Shown piece by piece: positions 63,498 to 64,000 of a stretch of 64,000 nt of DNA. Within the stretch, counting starts at the first letter, position 1, and each line of letters opens with the position of its first letter. Below the pieces are notes generated by a model. The model was not told the origin of the DNA, did no database searches, and worked only from the letters and a program-made list of their open reading frames with translations. Source of the stretch: Actinomycetota bacterium (GTDB lineage Bacteria; Actinomycetota; UBA4738; HRBIN12); contig JAJPHY010000013.1 in assembly GCA_021325015.1 (NCBI GenBank), positions 3,800 to 67,799 on the forward strand, in the 5' to 3' direction. The position numbers and the translations under genes were made by a program.

Positions 63498-63915
63498 CCA
63501 GCGCGCCGAGCGGGAAGTCGAAGGTGACGCGCCCGCCGCCGGCCAGGCGGAAGGGGATCGACAGGCGCAAGCCTTCGGCCGCGGTCTGCTCGGGGAAGGC
63601 GATCGACCCCTGCACGGCCCGGCCGTCGGGCACGCGAGCGAGCGAGGGAGTGAGCACGCCGCCGACCCGCGTTCTCCCTCCGGGGCCCGCCCGGAGCGTC
63701 AGCGCGACGTCGGGCGCATCGATCGCGATCCCGCGGCCGCTGTGGTTCTCCACGACGACGTTGAACTGCCAGCTCGGGCTGAATTGGAAGAGCGAGTCGA
63801 TCCGCAGGTAGACGCCGCGGATCGTCTGCGCGAGCTGGTTGAAGACCGTGATCCCGGACACGAGCGACTGCCCGTCGCGCGTGAGGTCCACGACCCGCCA
63901 GTCCGCCGGCGCCAC
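63457..63915 (-). CDS. Hypothetical protein (frame stays open to window end; may extend beyond 64000)
   Basis: 152-aa ORF from GTG 63915, Pro/Ala-rich C-terminus; the upstream frame has no stop before position 64000. Confidence 0.3.
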   Translation of the reverse strand: MAPADWRVVDLTRDGQSLVSGITVFNQLAQTIRGVYLRIDSLFQFSPSWQFNVVVENHSGRGIAIDAPDVALTLRAGPGGRTRVGGVLTPSLARVPDGRAVQGSIAFPEQTAAEGLRLSIPFRLAGGGRVTFDFPLGALVTPAPAAPSSPSP

Positions 63916-64000
63916 GCGGACGAGGAGGATCGGACCGTCCAGCGAACGCGTCCGCTGGAACGGAGCGGCGCCGGCCGGCGCGTAGTCGAACCTGACGGCT

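Overview
This is a very high-GC (about 70%+) window that looks like actinobacterial-type core chromosome (a Thermoleophilia/Rubrobacteria-like organism is my guess). The plus strand carries the conserved housekeeping run leuS(partial)-...-comEA-comEC-holA-(rpsT)-lepA-hemW-hrcA-dnaJ-phoH-ybeY-corC-cdd-era-deoC-aldh-recO-uppS-...-glyQS-...-ppdK-...-dgt-dnaG-rpoD, with many 4-nt start/stop overlaps indicating translational coupling. After rpoD the content becomes more accessory. It contains a tRNA-Asn/tRNA-Met-bounded segment with a sulfatase fused to five Ig-like repeats and an AraC remnant, a DosS/DosT-like dual-GAF sensor kinase, HAD/MOSC/nitrobindin genes, a P1B-type metal ATPase with a C-terminal hemerythrin domain, ggt, the large helicase lhr, a DedA-PAP2 fusion, cydAB, a LexA-box-preceded radical-SAM gene and rnhA. 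I found no CRISPR, rRNA, transposase or integrase. The most unusual locus is a trio at 53.3-55.1 kb: two membrane-anchored beta-solenoid (bactofilin/DUF4097-like) proteins flanking a stand-alone cNMP-binding domain protein. All functional calls are from motif recognition by eye; no database search was possible.
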